Shown here: positions 45,990-56,239 of the stretch, piece after piece
Numbering within the stretch: the first letter of the stretch is position 1
Layout: every line of letters begins with the position of its first letter
Virus record (IMG/VR): IMGVR_UViG_2711768086_000002
Strand: one strand, 5' to 3'
DNA from: an uncultured virus (IMG/VR IMGVR_UViG_2711768086_000002)
Lineage: Duplodnaviria > Heunggongvirae > Uroviricota > Caudoviricetes
DNA: 64,000 bases
Made by a program: the position numbers and the translations under genes
Notes under the pieces: model-generated
The model's input: only the letters and a program-made list of their open reading frames with translations
What the model was told of the DNA's origin: nothing
Databases searched by the model: none

Positions 45990-47855
45990 CTACCAGCTCG
46001 CCGGTGTGGGTACCGGCGGGTTGGCCGGTGAGGGCATCGGCGGCTTGGCAGGGGGCGTCGGCACCTTCGGAATCTCCGGGCTGGCGGGGGGAAGACCGAG
46101 GTACTCCCGGACCGCACCGTTGTCGGCGGTCGCGTCGGCGAGGGCAACGGCAGCGACGAAGGCACGGGCCTGGATGCGCTTGACCTCTTGAGTGGCGTCC
46201 TCGATCGGGTACCCGGCGTCGGCGAGCATCCGCACGGAGGTCTCAAGGCTGAGCACCCCGGCCTGGAAGCCCTTGGTGACCTCGTCCAGGACAGCAGCGC
46301 GATCGGTCGGCGTGTGCGGCCCCCACACCAGCTTCGCTGGCAGCGTCTCCCCTACGGGCCAGCCTTCGGCCTGTCCGGCCTGGTACAGGCGGCACACCAT
46401 CTTGAACAGCAAGGCGTACTTGTGGGCGCGGGCGAGGCGCATCGCCGAGACCAGGGCGTCCAACGGGCCCAGAGCGAGCTGGAGGGCGTAGCCGGACGGC
46501 ACGGCGGACGGGTCGAGTGTGCCGAGCCCGGACGAGGTCAGGCGGCTGTTGCCTGCCACCCGGTCAAGGAGATGGTCGACGCGTGCGCGCAGCTCGGCCA
46601 GCTGCGCCGACGTGTCGAGGGTGTCCATGGAACCGCCTTCGGACAGCGACCAGACGGTGCCGGCACGGACCTGGAGCGGCAGGACGGCCCCGGTCGTCCT
46701 GTCCTTGGGCAGCCGGACGCCGGACAGGCCGATGATCGGTGTGCCGGTGGTCGCCGACGCAGCGGCCGAGTCGGAATCGGTGGCGGCCAGCTCGTCGAGG
46801 ACCTGCATGACCTTGGCGATGGACGGCTGCCCCCAGTGTTCTCCCGCGTCGGGGATGGTGTTGGTGACGTGGACGACCGGAAGGAAGTCGATCATCAGGT
46901 CGAGTGCCTGGAGGACTTCCCCGTCCGAGCGCATCCGGTAGGTAGCCTTCTCCTGGGGCAGGTTGTAGACGTCCTCGCCCTTGAGGTCCTCCAGAAGCCA
47001 TTCCGCGTCGGTGAGGTAGCACGTGATCCCGGACGAGCGGCCCGCTGCCCACGGGTAGGTGCGCGTGATGTGGCCTGTGTCCGCATCGAGCTGGTCGCCG
47101 ACAATCAGCACCGCGTCCCCACCGTCGTTGTAGGCCCAATCCCGCAGGGGCTTGCCGTCCTTGGACCGGCCGGGCTTCGTCGCCGGGCCGATCGGCCCCA
47201 GCTCGTAGGTGATCCGGCGCAGCCGCGCCTTGAGGCCGCGCCGGTCATCGGCGGGGAGCTCCCACGCGAAGTGGACCCGAGCCGGATACTCGGCTGCGTC
47301 CACCTCGTCGTCCGTCCACTCCGGGAAGTAGAAGCCAGCGTCGATCGTCCTCAGCGCCGGGCGGCCCTTGGCTGGCTCCCACGCGAGGGTGTACACCGCG
47401 TCTCCGCACCGAACCGCCGCCCGCTCGCACTGCTGGATGCGCAGCGGCAGCAGCTCCTTCTCCCCCCACTCCCGCAGCCGCCCCTGAACCGCGAGTGCCT
47501 GAGCCGCAGCGGGCGGCTGGTCCTGGCTGCCCTGGTGCTCCGCACCCGGCACCACGATGGTCTGCTCGCTGCCGAGCATGTAGCCCAGTGCGGTGTCGAT
47601 CAGTTTCGACGCATCGCCGAGCTCCCGCCGCTCCAGCCCGGTGTCGTCCCCGGCAACCGCGGCGAGCTGCCCGGCCTGGTTGTTGTCGTAGGCGGCAAGG
47701 AGTTTGTACGCCTGGAGGCGGCGGAGGTCCTCTGGCGGCACCCATCCAGCAGCCAGTTCCCCGAACGGGCCGAAGCCGCGGCGGATCGGGCTGGCCATCA
47801 CCGGCTTGTAGTTCAGCCAGCTCCAGGCATCGATGACGAGATCGCGAAGGCCCAC
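45990..47855 (-). CDS. Portal protein
   Basis: 621 aa; LPVVH..N, SG.AL...PL; between terminase and scaffold. Confidence 0.8.
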   Translation of the reverse strand: MGLRDLVIDAWSWLNYKPVMASPIRRGFGPFGELAAGWVPPEDLRRLQAYKLLAAYDNNQAGQLAAVAGDDTGLERRELGDASKLIDTALGYMLGSEQTIVVPGAEHQGSQDQPPAAAQALAVQGRLREWGEKELLPLRIQQCERAAVRCGDAVYTLAWEPAKGRPALRTIDAGFYFPEWTDDEVDAAEYPARVHFAWELPADDRRGLKARLRRITYELGPIGPATKPGRSKDGKPLRDWAYNDGGDAVLIVGDQLDADTGHITRTYPWAAGRSSGITCYLTDAEWLLEDLKGEDVYNLPQEKATYRMRSDGEVLQALDLMIDFLPVVHVTNTIPDAGEHWGQPSIAKVMQVLDELAATDSDSAAASATTGTPIIGLSGVRLPKDRTTGAVLPLQVRAGTVWSLSEGGSMDTLDTSAQLAELRARVDHLLDRVAGNSRLTSSGLGTLDPSAVPSGYALQLALGPLDALVSAMRLARAHKYALLFKMVCRLYQAGQAEGWPVGETLPAKLVWGPHTPTDRAAVLDEVTKGFQAGVLSLETSVRMLADAGYPIEDATQEVKRIQARAFVAAVALADATADNGAVREYLGLPPASPEIPKVPTPPAKPPMPSPANPPVPTPASW

Positions 47856-47916
47856 AGTGCCCCTCCGAGCATCCAGGCCCCACGCCGATGATCAGCCTAC
47901 GCGTCCGTCATGGCGG

Positions 47917-48252
47917 TCATCCTGTGGTCGGCGCCTGAAACTCACAGCCAGCGCCGAAGGCGTTCTCGTCCAGGTCTGCTTGCCGCTGCGGACCGAGTTT
48001 GCCCCACTCGATCGCGCACAGCACCTGGGACCGCTCCTGCCCGCGCCCGGTGATCAGCGCCTGGGCGTACCGGCCTGCGGCGATCGACCGCTTCTGCTTC
48101 ACCTCGTACTGCTGGGTCCACTCAGGGCTGCCCACCTTCGGCTCGGCGGGCTTCGAAGACTCCCCCGAAGCCGCGACCGCAGCGATCCCCCCGGCGACAA
48201 CAGCCACGCACGCCAGCTCCACGGCAATCAGCCGCGCCCCCTTCAGCTTCAT
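47917..48252 (-). CDS. Exported or membrane-anchored hypothetical protein
   Basis: N-terminal signal/transmembrane segment; two C-terminal Cys. Confidence 0.55.
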   Translation of the reverse strand: MKLKGARLIAVELACVAVVAGGIAAVAASGESSKPAEPKVGSPEWTQQYEVKQKRSIAAGRYAQALITGRGQERSQVLCAIEWGKLGPQRQADLDENAFGAGCEFQAPTTG

Positions 48253-48295
48253 GATCGCGAACCTACCAGCGGCTTCGGGGGCCTACCAGCGGTTC

Positions 48296-48640
48296 CTACT
48301 GGTCCGCGACCTGTTCTGCTGGCGGGCCGTACTCGGCGTGGAGCGTCGCCGGATACAACGCGCACCCCAAGGCTGCCTCTAGCCGGACGATCGTGCCGAG
48401 GTCAGGGAGTACCTCGCCTCTGGCGATCCGGCCGACCGTCGAGTGCGACATCGCCACATGGCGGCTCAGTTCCCTGTCGCTCCAGCCACGGGCGGCCATG
48501 GCGCCGTGCAGGCTCTTCGCGAACTGCATGCCCGCCACGGCCGTGAGCGGCGCATCGGCTCGCAGCTTCACGTCCGGCCACTTGCCGCTGGCAACGAAGC
48601 TAGCCGGCGGCTGGTGATCGCGGCTGCGGGGCACGCCCAT
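48296..48640 (-). CDS. XRE-family HTH regulator
   Basis: WSDRELSRHVAMSHSTVGRIARGEVLPDL. Confidence 0.8.
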   Translation of the reverse strand: MGVPRSRDHQPPASFVASGKWPDVKLRADAPLTAVAGMQFAKSLHGAMAARGWSDRELSRHVAMSHSTVGRIARGEVLPDLGTIVRLEAALGCALYPATLHAEYGPPAEQVADQ

Positions 48641-48709
48641 CCCTTCATCGACGTCCACCTGTCCCGGCCAATCCTTCCCTGCGTCGGCGGCCCCGATGCG
48701 GCACCCCGC

Positions 48710-48733
48710 CAGTGGACCATGTATGGTCCACTG
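48710..48733. promoter_or_regulatory. Perfect palindrome between the XRE and IS110 genes
   Basis: CAGTGGACCAT-GT-ATGGTCCACTG. Confidence 0.6.
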
Positions 48734-48764
48734 CGAGTTAGTGTCAACGCGGGGAGGGCGTGGC

Positions 48765-50018
48765 ATGGGCGGGGGCATCAGCAGCTTCTGGGCTGGCATC
48801 GACTGGTCCGAACACCTCAACGATGTCGCGGTGGTCGACCGGACCGGCGCTGTCGTGGCCACAGCCCGAGTCGAAGAGAGCCCTGCCGGAGTTCGGCAGG
48901 TTCTCCAGCTGCTCTCAGGTTTGCGCGCGAGCCATCAACACAGCCGCAAGGCAGTGCCGATCGCCATCGAGACCCGGCACGGCCTGCTCGTCGCGGCGCT
49001 GCGCCAGGCCGGACAGCCGGTCGTGGTCATCAGTCCAACCACCGTTGCCAGGTACCGGGGTAGGGCAAACCCGGGCAACAGCAAGAAGTCCGATGCGCAG
49101 GACGCCGAGCTGCTGGCGAACATCCTGCGTACCGATGCCCATCTGCACCGACCGTTGCCTGCGAACAGCGGCCCCGCCGAGGCCCTCGCCGTGCTGACCC
49201 GCGCGCAGCTGCGTTCGGTGTACACCCGGCAGCACCACGTCTTCCAGCTGCGCTCCCAGCTCCGCAACGTTCATCCGGCGGCACTGACTGCCTGGGCGCA
49301 CCTTCCTGGCGGGATCCTGCGCGGCGAGGCCCGTGCTGTACTCGCACTCGCCCCAACGTCTGGTCATGCCGCTCGGCTGACGAAGAGGCAGATCTACAAC
49401 GCTCTCGCCACCGGCGGCCGCACACGGCTCCTCGACGACCATGCGACCAGGCTTCGCGACCTGTTCCGCGCGCCGACGCTCCGGCAGGCCGTCGACATCG
49501 AATCGGCACTCGGCCAGTACGTTCTGACTCTCCTCGGGCTCGTCAACGAGTCAGTACGCGCCGTGAACGAGCTGACAGAGCAAGCCATCGCGCTGTTCGA
49601 CCAGCATCCGCACGCGAGCGTCTACCGCTCGTTCCCCGGTGTGGGTGGGCTGACCGGAGCGCGGCTGCTGGGCGAGATCGGCGATGACCCGACCCGCTTC
49701 GCCTCAGCCAAGGGCCTTCGCGCCTACGCTGGCGCGAACCCGTTCACCTGGGCATCGGGCACCAGCCGCTCCGTACTGCACCGCAGGATCGCGGCCAACA
49801 AACGGCTCGCCGCGTTCGGGCACCACTGGGCGTTCTCGACGCTCACGCGGTCCCCCGGCTGCCGGGCCCATTACGACCGGCGGAGGCAGCAGGGCGAGCG
49901 ACACACCGCGGCCCTGCGCAACCTGTACGGCAGACTCCTCAGCTGCCTCTACCACTGCCTCCAGCATGGCGTGGACTACCAGGAGGAAGTCGCGTGGCCG
50001 ACGCCGAGCACCGAGTAG
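48765..50018 (+). CDS. IS110-family transposase/recombinase
   Basis: AGIDW, IET, KSDAQDA (DEDD); S.PGVG, F.S...L.AYAG..P....SG (Tnp domain Ser). Confidence 0.93.
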   Translation: MGGGISSFWAGIDWSEHLNDVAVVDRTGAVVATARVEESPAGVRQVLQLLSGLRASHQHSRKAVPIAIETRHGLLVAALRQAGQPVVVISPTTVARYRGRANPGNSKKSDAQDAELLANILRTDAHLHRPLPANSGPAEALAVLTRAQLRSVYTRQHHVFQLRSQLRNVHPAALTAWAHLPGGILRGEARAVLALAPTSGHAARLTKRQIYNALATGGRTRLLDDHATRLRDLFRAPTLRQAVDIESALGQYVLTLLGLVNESVRAVNELTEQAIALFDQHPHASVYRSFPGVGGLTGARLLGEIGDDPTRFASAKGLRAYAGANPFTWASGTSRSVLHRRIAANKRLAAFGHHWAFSTLTRSPGCRAHYDRRRQQGERHTAALRNLYGRLLSCLYHCLQHGVDYQEEVAWPTPSTE

Positions 50019-50134
50019 CGCGTGATCCGGCGGACGGGCGACCGGACCGGAAATGCCTGAAGATGCACCCCGGGCCGAAGAGCCCTTACGCGGGAATGGC
50101 ACCCGGCCCGGCCGCCTCTCCGCCGGATCACGCG
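50019..50134 (+). ncRNA. Candidate bridge/seek-like RNA hairpin downstream of IS110
   Basis: Perfect 16-bp terminal stem, further pairing, internal loop capped by GGGC-CGAAGA-GCCC. Confidence 0.5.
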
Positions 50135-50197
50135 ACATGTCCTTCGGTTACCGCTTCGGGCCTTGGTGGCGGTAAGCCTATTGTGGCCGTTCTGCGA

Positions 50198-51733
50198 TCA
50201 CCGGCGGCCGTCGAGGCGGCCGTCATCCATGCCCTTGGGCAGCAGGGCAAGTTGGTCCGGGTCAGCGAGTTCGGTGAGGCCGTGCACCGCGGCATCCATC
50301 CGGTCGGGGCTGTCCATTCCAGCCACCCATGTGACCATCTGCCCTTCCAGCTCCGGGTACTGGCCAACGTGGTGCACCCGTCCCTGTTCGTAGAGCTGGG
50401 CGATCGGCTCAGCTCGCAGGCGCTTGCCGACCTTCGCGGTCACTTCGAGGATCATCGGCATGAGGAGACCGCGGGTCTCGCCATCTCGCGCGAGTTGGTC
50501 CCAAGCCTGGGTAACAACTTGCCTCGCCATGTCGCCGCCGTAGTTGGACTCCACCACGATCGCGTCGGCCTGCAGTTCCATAGCGAGTCGGCAAGCGGTG
50601 ACGCCCCAGTCGTTGGCTCCCATGTTGGCGGAGCGGTCGTCCAGGACGTACAGGTGGTCGTCGAAGCCAGCCGCCATGCCGATGACACCAGTCTCATCAC
50701 CGACCAGGCTCTCGCCACCAGCGGGGTCGACGGCTACGACAACGCGGGCCATGTCGAGTCCGGCGAACGCGACCGGGGTGATGCGGTGCTGGTCGATCCA
50801 GGCGCGCTGCCAGACACCACCCTCCTGAGGGCGGGGCTTCTGCTGATACAACGACCACCAGACCCGTTCGCCGACGGCCCGGCGAATCTTCTCCAGCGCC
50901 TTCGCACCGTACCGGGCTGGCCACAGCGGCTCGCCGACTGCGCGGCCGAGCGCATCGTCGGGGCTGTCTGCAATCGCGGGTAGGTCGATGATGATCCAGT
51001 CCTCGGCTGTCTCGCTGGCGAGGATGCGCCCTGCAAGGTCGTCTTCGGACCATCGGGTCTGGATGACGATCACAGAGCCGCCGGGCTCGATGCGGGTGAG
51101 CAGCACGGACTGCCACCACTCCCAGAGGCGCCTGCGCATGGTGGGGGACTGGGCCTCTGCGTCGTCCTTGATCGGATCGTCGACGATCGCCAAATTGGCT
51201 CCCTTGCCGGTGAGTCCGCCGCCGACGCCGGCGCAGACGACTCCCCCTTCGTGGCCCGAGACGTCGAAGCGGTTCGCAGCCTTGGAGCCGGGGTGGAGGG
51301 TGATGCCGATCTGCTCGCCCCAGGTGGTGATGGCGTCCCGGATCCACCGCCCGTGGTCGTCCGCGAGTTCGGCGGAGTACGAGGCGATCATCACGCGGTG
51401 GTCTGGCTGCTGAAGCAGGTACCAGAGGGGCGCCCACCGGGCTGCGCGCCGACTCTTGCCGTGTCGCGGCGGCATGGTGAGGAGCAGGCGGATGGACTCG
51501 CCGGCTGCGATCCGCTGGAATGCGTGGTCGATGAGCGCCAGGTGCTCGGCCTGCATCTCGCGGCCGGCAGTCAGCACTGACGCGAGGGAGCCTGGGGAGC
51601 GGCGCATCGCCATGTCCCGTTCGACCTGGGCTAGCTCGGTGCGCAGCTTGGGCGAGGCTTTGGCGGCGATGGCGCGGCGCCGGTCAGCGGGAAGGGTCCG
51701 GTACTGGGCGAGGAGCTCGGCAGTGCCCGGCAT
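50198..51733 (-). CDS. Terminase large subunit
   Basis: MPPRHGKS, IVDDP, QTRW..DD, AVDPA, SPDRMDA. Confidence 0.95.
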   Translation of the reverse strand: MPGTAELLAQYRTLPADRRRAIAAKASPKLRTELAQVERDMAMRRSPGSLASVLTAGREMQAEHLALIDHAFQRIAAGESIRLLLTMPPRHGKSRRAARWAPLWYLLQQPDHRVMIASYSAELADDHGRWIRDAITTWGEQIGITLHPGSKAANRFDVSGHEGGVVCAGVGGGLTGKGANLAIVDDPIKDDAEAQSPTMRRRLWEWWQSVLLTRIEPGGSVIVIQTRWSEDDLAGRILASETAEDWIIIDLPAIADSPDDALGRAVGEPLWPARYGAKALEKIRRAVGERVWWSLYQQKPRPQEGGVWQRAWIDQHRITPVAFAGLDMARVVVAVDPAGGESLVGDETGVIGMAAGFDDHLYVLDDRSANMGANDWGVTACRLAMELQADAIVVESNYGGDMARQVVTQAWDQLARDGETRGLLMPMILEVTAKVGKRLRAEPIAQLYEQGRVHHVGQYPELEGQMVTWVAGMDSPDRMDAAVHGLTELADPDQLALLPKGMDDGRLDGRR

Positions 51734-52269
51734 CAGCGGTCCTCGCCTTCGGTTGCGGCGATGAGCTGCGCCAGCTCTGTCGAGGTGATGGCCTCCAGGG
51801 TGATCGGGCCTTCGTCTGGGCCGGACAACTCGGTTCGGCTTGGCTGGTCGATGCCGAGTAGCCGGGCGTCGCGCTCCAAGATCCGGACGGCACGGTCGAT
51901 GGCGGGCAGGTCGCCGTCTTTGACCGCGCGACGGAACGCCACGAAGAAGAGCCTCTCCAGCCGCATGTGGTGGACCAGACGCAGCTCGTCGACGGACACG
52001 CCGAGGTCGGTGTGCCGCTCCTGGAGGGCGAGTTGGACGTCTTTGCAGGCGTATCGGATCAGCGCCGGGTCGTCCGGTGGCTCCTTGCCCTTGGCGTACA
52101 GGTCGGCCCCGTAGCCCTGCGGGTAGGCGATCCGGTCGGAGTTGATCGTCGGGTCAGCGGCGAGCTTGCGACCAATGGTGAGCCAGTCGACGCCGGCCAG
52201 CTGGAGTTCGATGGCGTCGGCGCGGCGCTGCGAGATGGCAGCGCGCTGCGCCTTGGTGGGGCGGGCCAT
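51733..52269 (-). CDS. Terminase small subunit (putative)
   Basis: Coupled upstream of TerL; ELSGPDEGPI C-terminus. Confidence 0.7.
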   Translation of the reverse strand: MARPTKAQRAAISQRRADAIELQLAGVDWLTIGRKLAADPTINSDRIAYPQGYGADLYAKGKEPPDDPALIRYACKDVQLALQERHTDLGVSVDELRLVHHMRLERLFFVAFRRAVKDGDLPAIDRAVRILERDARLLGIDQPSRTELSGPDEGPITLEAITSTELAQLIAATEGEDR

Positions 52270-52394
52270 GGCGCGGATCCTCCGTCCGGTGCGCCCCCGC
52301 GCCACCGCCCATGATCCCTTACTCGAGGTGCTCGCCGCTCAGCGGTGGTCGCAGTGGCCGGGGGCCAGCACGTGTGGACGTGGTGGCCCCCGGC

Positions 52395-52496
52395 NNNNNN
52401 NNNNNNNNNNNNNNNNNNNNNNNNNNNNNNNNNNNNNNNNNNNNNNNNNNNNNNNNNNNNNNNNNNNNNNNNNNNNNNNNNNNNNNNNNNNNNNNN
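52395..52496. other. Assembly gap
   Basis: Run of N. Confidence 1.
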
Positions 52497-52924
52497 GGCT
52501 CGTAGGGCGGCGGAGTAGGTGGTGCATCGGGTGCCTGGCGGTGCTCGCGGAGCCACCATGCGAACTGCCAGTTGCGGCAGGTGCTGTAGCGACGGAGGGT
52601 TCGGCGGGGCTCGGCTGCGGGGATGTTGTGCGGTCCCCAGCCTGTGATGGGGCGGGCCCCTGTGAGTCGGACTTGGAGCCCGGGGACCAGGGCGGGGCCT
52701 TCCCAGTGGTAGCCGGGGGCGGGTTCGAAGGCGAGGTGGGCGTTGGCTGCCCAGTGCCACGGCGTCGGGAGCGCGCAGAGGTACCAGGCGAGTGGCGGGT
52801 TCGCGGTGGGCAGTTGGACGGTTTGGAGTTTGGTGTGGGGGTGCACGGTGGGGCGGTCGGGTCGGCCGAAGGACTTCAGGCAGTGCTGGTCGAGCGCGAC
52901 GTGGCGGATGCCGGCGAGCCACAT
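52497..52924 (-). CDS. Hypothetical protein; 3' end runs into the gap
   Basis: ATG after GAGGA RBS; MWLAGIRHV...C...WYLC. Confidence 0.5.
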
Positions 52925-52989
52925 GATGCCGTAGTCCTCACGTGCTCGTATTTCAACTTTGATTCGGTCTTCCACGACCGCCCCATTTC

Positions 52990-54432
52990 TTAATTCGCAG
53001 ATCCGAGAGAATTCCTCTCCATTACCAATTTTATCAAGAATTCCACCAATTCCGAATGCTTGCCGTGTCGGAAGTCGTTCGGGTATGGCATGTTGAATTC
53101 CTCTTCGAACGCCTTCCGGTAGTCGGTTTCCGGGAGGGGCCGGGGGCCCTTGCAGACGGCCTTGAGGTTGGAGTCGGCTACGTCGCTGATCTTCACGTCC
53201 TTGAAGTAAGGCCGCAGCAGGGCTTCCAGGGTCTGCGGTGTGTGAAAGCGAAGCTTCTGCCACTTGCCCTGGACGAAGTTCATCTCGACGTTGTTCTCGT
53301 CCAGAAAGCTCATGTTGACGGCTCCGCCGGTGGTGGCCCGGCCGGCCTGCTCCATGCGGGTTTCCTTGGCGAGGCTGCGGGTGCCGATGTACACGGCTCC
53401 GTCGGCCGAGCAGAGTGCATTCACTGTGGCGAGGACCCAGTGCTGGTAGTCCGTGGTGGTGGTGGCGTTGATGACGGAGTCGAGGACCACTGCGTCGAAC
53501 AGTCCGCCCGAGCGGAGCTCTCGGTGAAGGGCGCGGATCATGGCGACGACCTCGCGGATGTCGACCGCGTACTTGCCGGGCGCTGTCCGGTAGGGCTCGT
53601 AGTCGAGGACGGCGTAGCCCTTGCCGCGCAGCATCTTGGCGTAGTCGCCGTGGCCGGCGCCGAAGTCGATGACGCGCTGTTCGGGCTTGAGCCACGGGAG
53701 GACGAGCTTCTCCCAAGTCTCGGAGCCGTACGTGAGCCCGGTCTTGGCCTTGGAGCTTCGCTGGCGCAGCCGCTTGGGCTGCACGATGTGCTGGTTCCAC
53801 ACGGGGGCCTGGCCTTCGATGGCGGTCCAGTCGTAGACGCCGTACTCGCCCGTGAGGTCGGCGTGCAGCTGGGCTGCGTCGGGCGACGGGACGGTCCAGG
53901 CCAGCAGGTCGAACCGGTGCGCCGCCGCGACCACGGCGTATTCGGCGTTGAGGATGATGCGGCCCTGGTCGTCCATGACGATGGAGCCCCAGGGGCCGTG
54001 GCCGGCGCACATCTGGCCGATGGCGTTGACGAAGGCTGCGTTCTTCTGGTCGTCGACCTGGATGGACTGCCAGGGCACCCACGACCATCGGCCCATGTCG
54101 CCGGGCTCGGCGTGGACGATGCTGGCTTCGGTCTCGACCTTGTTGTGGAGGAGGTTGAATCGGATTTCGTCCTGGAGTCGGACGGTGGTGCCGAGCATGA
54201 CCGCGGGGGTGTGCGTGATGCCGAGCGCCGTCATCCCCTTGGTCCGCTGGTGGCCTGCGACCAACGTCCCGTTGGCGTTGAGGATGACCGGCTTCACGAT
54301 GCCGTGGCGGCGGATGCTGGCCTTGAGCCGTTCGAACGCCTCGGGGCTGAGGCGGCGCGGGTTGTAGTCGGCGGGACGCAGCTCGGCGAGTGGGTACGCC
54401 TCGTGGAAGGTGGTGGTAGGGATCGCGCTCAC
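52990..54432 (-). CDS. ParB-N domain plus SAM-dependent methyltransferase fusion
   Basis: PADYNPR...GIVKPVI...AGHQR; IDFGAG, YEPY, LDSVIN. Confidence 0.8.
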   Translation of the reverse strand: MSAIPTTTFHEAYPLAELRPADYNPRRLSPEAFERLKASIRRHGIVKPVILNANGTLVAGHQRTKGMTALGITHTPAVMLGTTVRLQDEIRFNLLHNKVETEASIVHAEPGDMGRWSWVPWQSIQVDDQKNAAFVNAIGQMCAGHGPWGSIVMDDQGRIILNAEYAVVAAAHRFDLLAWTVPSPDAAQLHADLTGEYGVYDWTAIEGQAPVWNQHIVQPKRLRQRSSKAKTGLTYGSETWEKLVLPWLKPEQRVIDFGAGHGDYAKMLRGKGYAVLDYEPYRTAPGKYAVDIREVVAMIRALHRELRSGGLFDAVVLDSVINATTTTDYQHWVLATVNALCSADGAVYIGTRSLAKETRMEQAGRATTGGAVNMSFLDENNVEMNFVQGKWQKLRFHTPQTLEALLRPYFKDVKISDVADSNLKAVCKGPRPLPETDYRKAFEEEFNMPYPNDFRHGKHSELVEFLIKLVMERNSLGSAN

Positions 54433-55085
54433 GCGGCGTCGACCTCCTTGTGGGCGTGCTGGAGGAGGTGCCAGCCGAAGCCGAGGTCGCCGTTGGTGTC
54501 CTCGATGAACTTGTCGTGCAGGGCGGAGAGGGCCTGGACTTCCTCGGCGGTGATCCGGACGCGGGTGGAGGACCACTGGAGGTAGCCCCACTGGAGGTAG
54601 TCGACGGTGGCCTTCTCGCCGGTTCCGGCGCCGTCGCTGGTGAGGTCGAGCAGGCCGGGCAGTTCGACGTCATCGAGGAGGGCGTCCAGGGCGTCCTGGT
54701 CGTAGCCGGTGCCGTCGAGGTCGGGCAGCTCGGCGAGGATGTCGGCGAGGAGTGCTGTGTCGTAGCCGGCGAGGTCGCTGGTTCGGTTGTCGACGATGAC
54801 GATGCGGGCGGCTGCATCGTCGTCCACGTCGATCCAGGTCACCGCGATTCCGTCCCAGTCAAGTTCCTGGGCGGCCTTGAAGGTGTGGTTGCCCGCGAGG
54901 ATCTCGTTCACCCGGCCGGTGAGGGTGCCGCGGTTGACGACGATCGCCCGGTACTGGCCGTTGACGGTCAGGGACTCGCGGATGGAGGCGAGGTCTCCGG
55001 TACGCGGGTTGCGGTGGTACGGGGTGAGGTCCGCGAGCGGGACCGCAAGGGGAAGGAGCTCGTCGGGGATGCGAGGAGGAGTCAT
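54429..55085 (-). CDS. ParB/Srx-like domain protein
   Basis: RNPR.G...SL...GQY..IVV...AGNH..KAA...DNRT. Confidence 0.85.
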   Translation of the reverse strand: MTPPRIPDELLPLAVPLADLTPYHRNPRTGDLASIRESLTVNGQYRAIVVNRGTLTGRVNEILAGNHTFKAAQELDWDGIAVTWIDVDDDAAARIVIVDNRTSDLAGYDTALLADILAELPDLDGTGYDQDALDALLDDVELPGLLDLTSDGAGTGEKATVDYLQWGYLQWSSTRVRITAEEVQALSALHDKFIEDTNGDLGFGWHLLQHAHKEVDAA

Positions 55086-55244
55086 TGGGCAGGTCCTCTG
55101 GTAGGCCGTTTCCCCGCGCCCTACTGGGGGTCAACCCTAGACGATGACCAGCCGGGTCCGTCGGCTGTCGGCGCTCTGGAGGGCGACCGGCAAGCGGCAG
55201 CGCCCCGCCGGTGTGGCGAGGCGCTGTGCGGCGGCCAGGGGCAC

Positions 55245-55652
55245 CTAGTCGCTGGCGTTCTCGGCGCGAGCCTGCTCGGGGGTGATCGCTCCGGTGCACA
55301 GGCGCCGGATGAGGTCGCAGCGTCCGGCGTGGGCGAGGTCGGCGGCGAGGTTGAGCCGTTCGTAGAGGTCGTCGAGCTGGATGTCCGTGATGTTGCTGGC
55401 GGTTGGACGTTGCCCGGGGGGCTCTTTCGCTGCTGACTGGACGAGACGGTAGCCGGTCCTGCGGGGCCGTCCGGCCTTGGAGAGAGCGGTGGCGTGGAGC
55501 TGGCCGAGGAGGATGGGGCGGCGTCGGGGCGGCCCCCCGATGGTCTCGACTTCAGCTCGGTTCGGTCCAACGCTTACGACGCGGACTCGGCGGCCTTCGT
55601 CCAGGGGGTGGCAGGACTCGTATATCTGACCTTCGGTCACCGGTTGTTGCAT
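55245..55652 (-). CDS. Hypothetical phage protein
   Basis: GQIY.SC.P...RRTGYRL pattern. Confidence 0.55.
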   Translation of the reverse strand: MQQPVTEGQIYESCHPLDEGRRVRVVSVGPNRAEVETIGGPPRRRPILLGQLHATALSKAGRPRRTGYRLVQSAAKEPPGQRPTASNITDIQLDDLYERLNLAADLAHAGRCDLIRRLCTGAITPEQARAENASD

Positions 55653-55756
55653 CGGCACACCCCGTTCGGGAGGCACCAGGAGTCGCACGACTTGCACCAG
55701 ATGGCGCCGGGGACCGGCGGGGTGCGTACGGGCTCGGTGTTGCTGGTGTCGGTCAT
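55637..55756 (-). CDS. Small Cys-rich protein
   Basis: WCKSCDSWC....CRC; ATGA overlap. Confidence 0.45.
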   Translation of the reverse strand: MTDTSNTEPVRTPPVPGAIWCKSCDSWCLPNGVCRCNNR

Positions 55757-55989
55757 GCTGCGGTCTCCGGATGTGCATGGGGATGGTCGTTGAGGGCTGC
55801 GAGGAGCTCGGCGCGGTGTTCGGCGGCTCGGGGGTCCGGCGTGGCCGGCGGTAGGCGCCAGGTGGCTCGCGGGGGTACCGGGCGGTTGCGCTCGGCGAGG
55901 ATCAGGCGCAGTGGGCCGTATCGCTCGGTCATGAGCTGGGTGTAGAAGTCGGGGTCGGCTGCGCTGTCGCTGTTGTAGGTGGGTGGCAC
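55753..55989 (-). CDS. Small hypothetical protein
   Basis: GTG after AAGGA RBS. Confidence 0.45.
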   Translation of the reverse strand: MPPTYNSDSAADPDFYTQLMTERYGPLRLILAERNRPVPPRATWRLPPATPDPRAAEHRAELLAALNDHPHAHPETAA

Positions 55990-56239
55990 GTGAGTCCTTC
56001 GGGTACGCGAGGACCCGCCCCAGGAGTGGTGTGGGGCGGGTCCGGTTCGTGGGTGGTGCGGCGCCCTGCGGTGGTCCCGTGGGGGACCGGTGCCTGGCGG
56101 GTGGGGCGCGGGGGGGGGTTGCCGCCCGCCAGGCACGGTTGGTGAGGGCGCCGCTTCCACGGCGCTGTTGATCAGGGGCTCCGGATGGGGCGGTGTCCCT
56201 GACCAACAAGATGACCGTATCACTTCGCTAAGTTGTCGC

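Noticed and set aside
52059..54817. ORFs spanning the N run (e.g. 52319-54817)
   Set aside because: Artefacts of the assembly gap and of alternative frames
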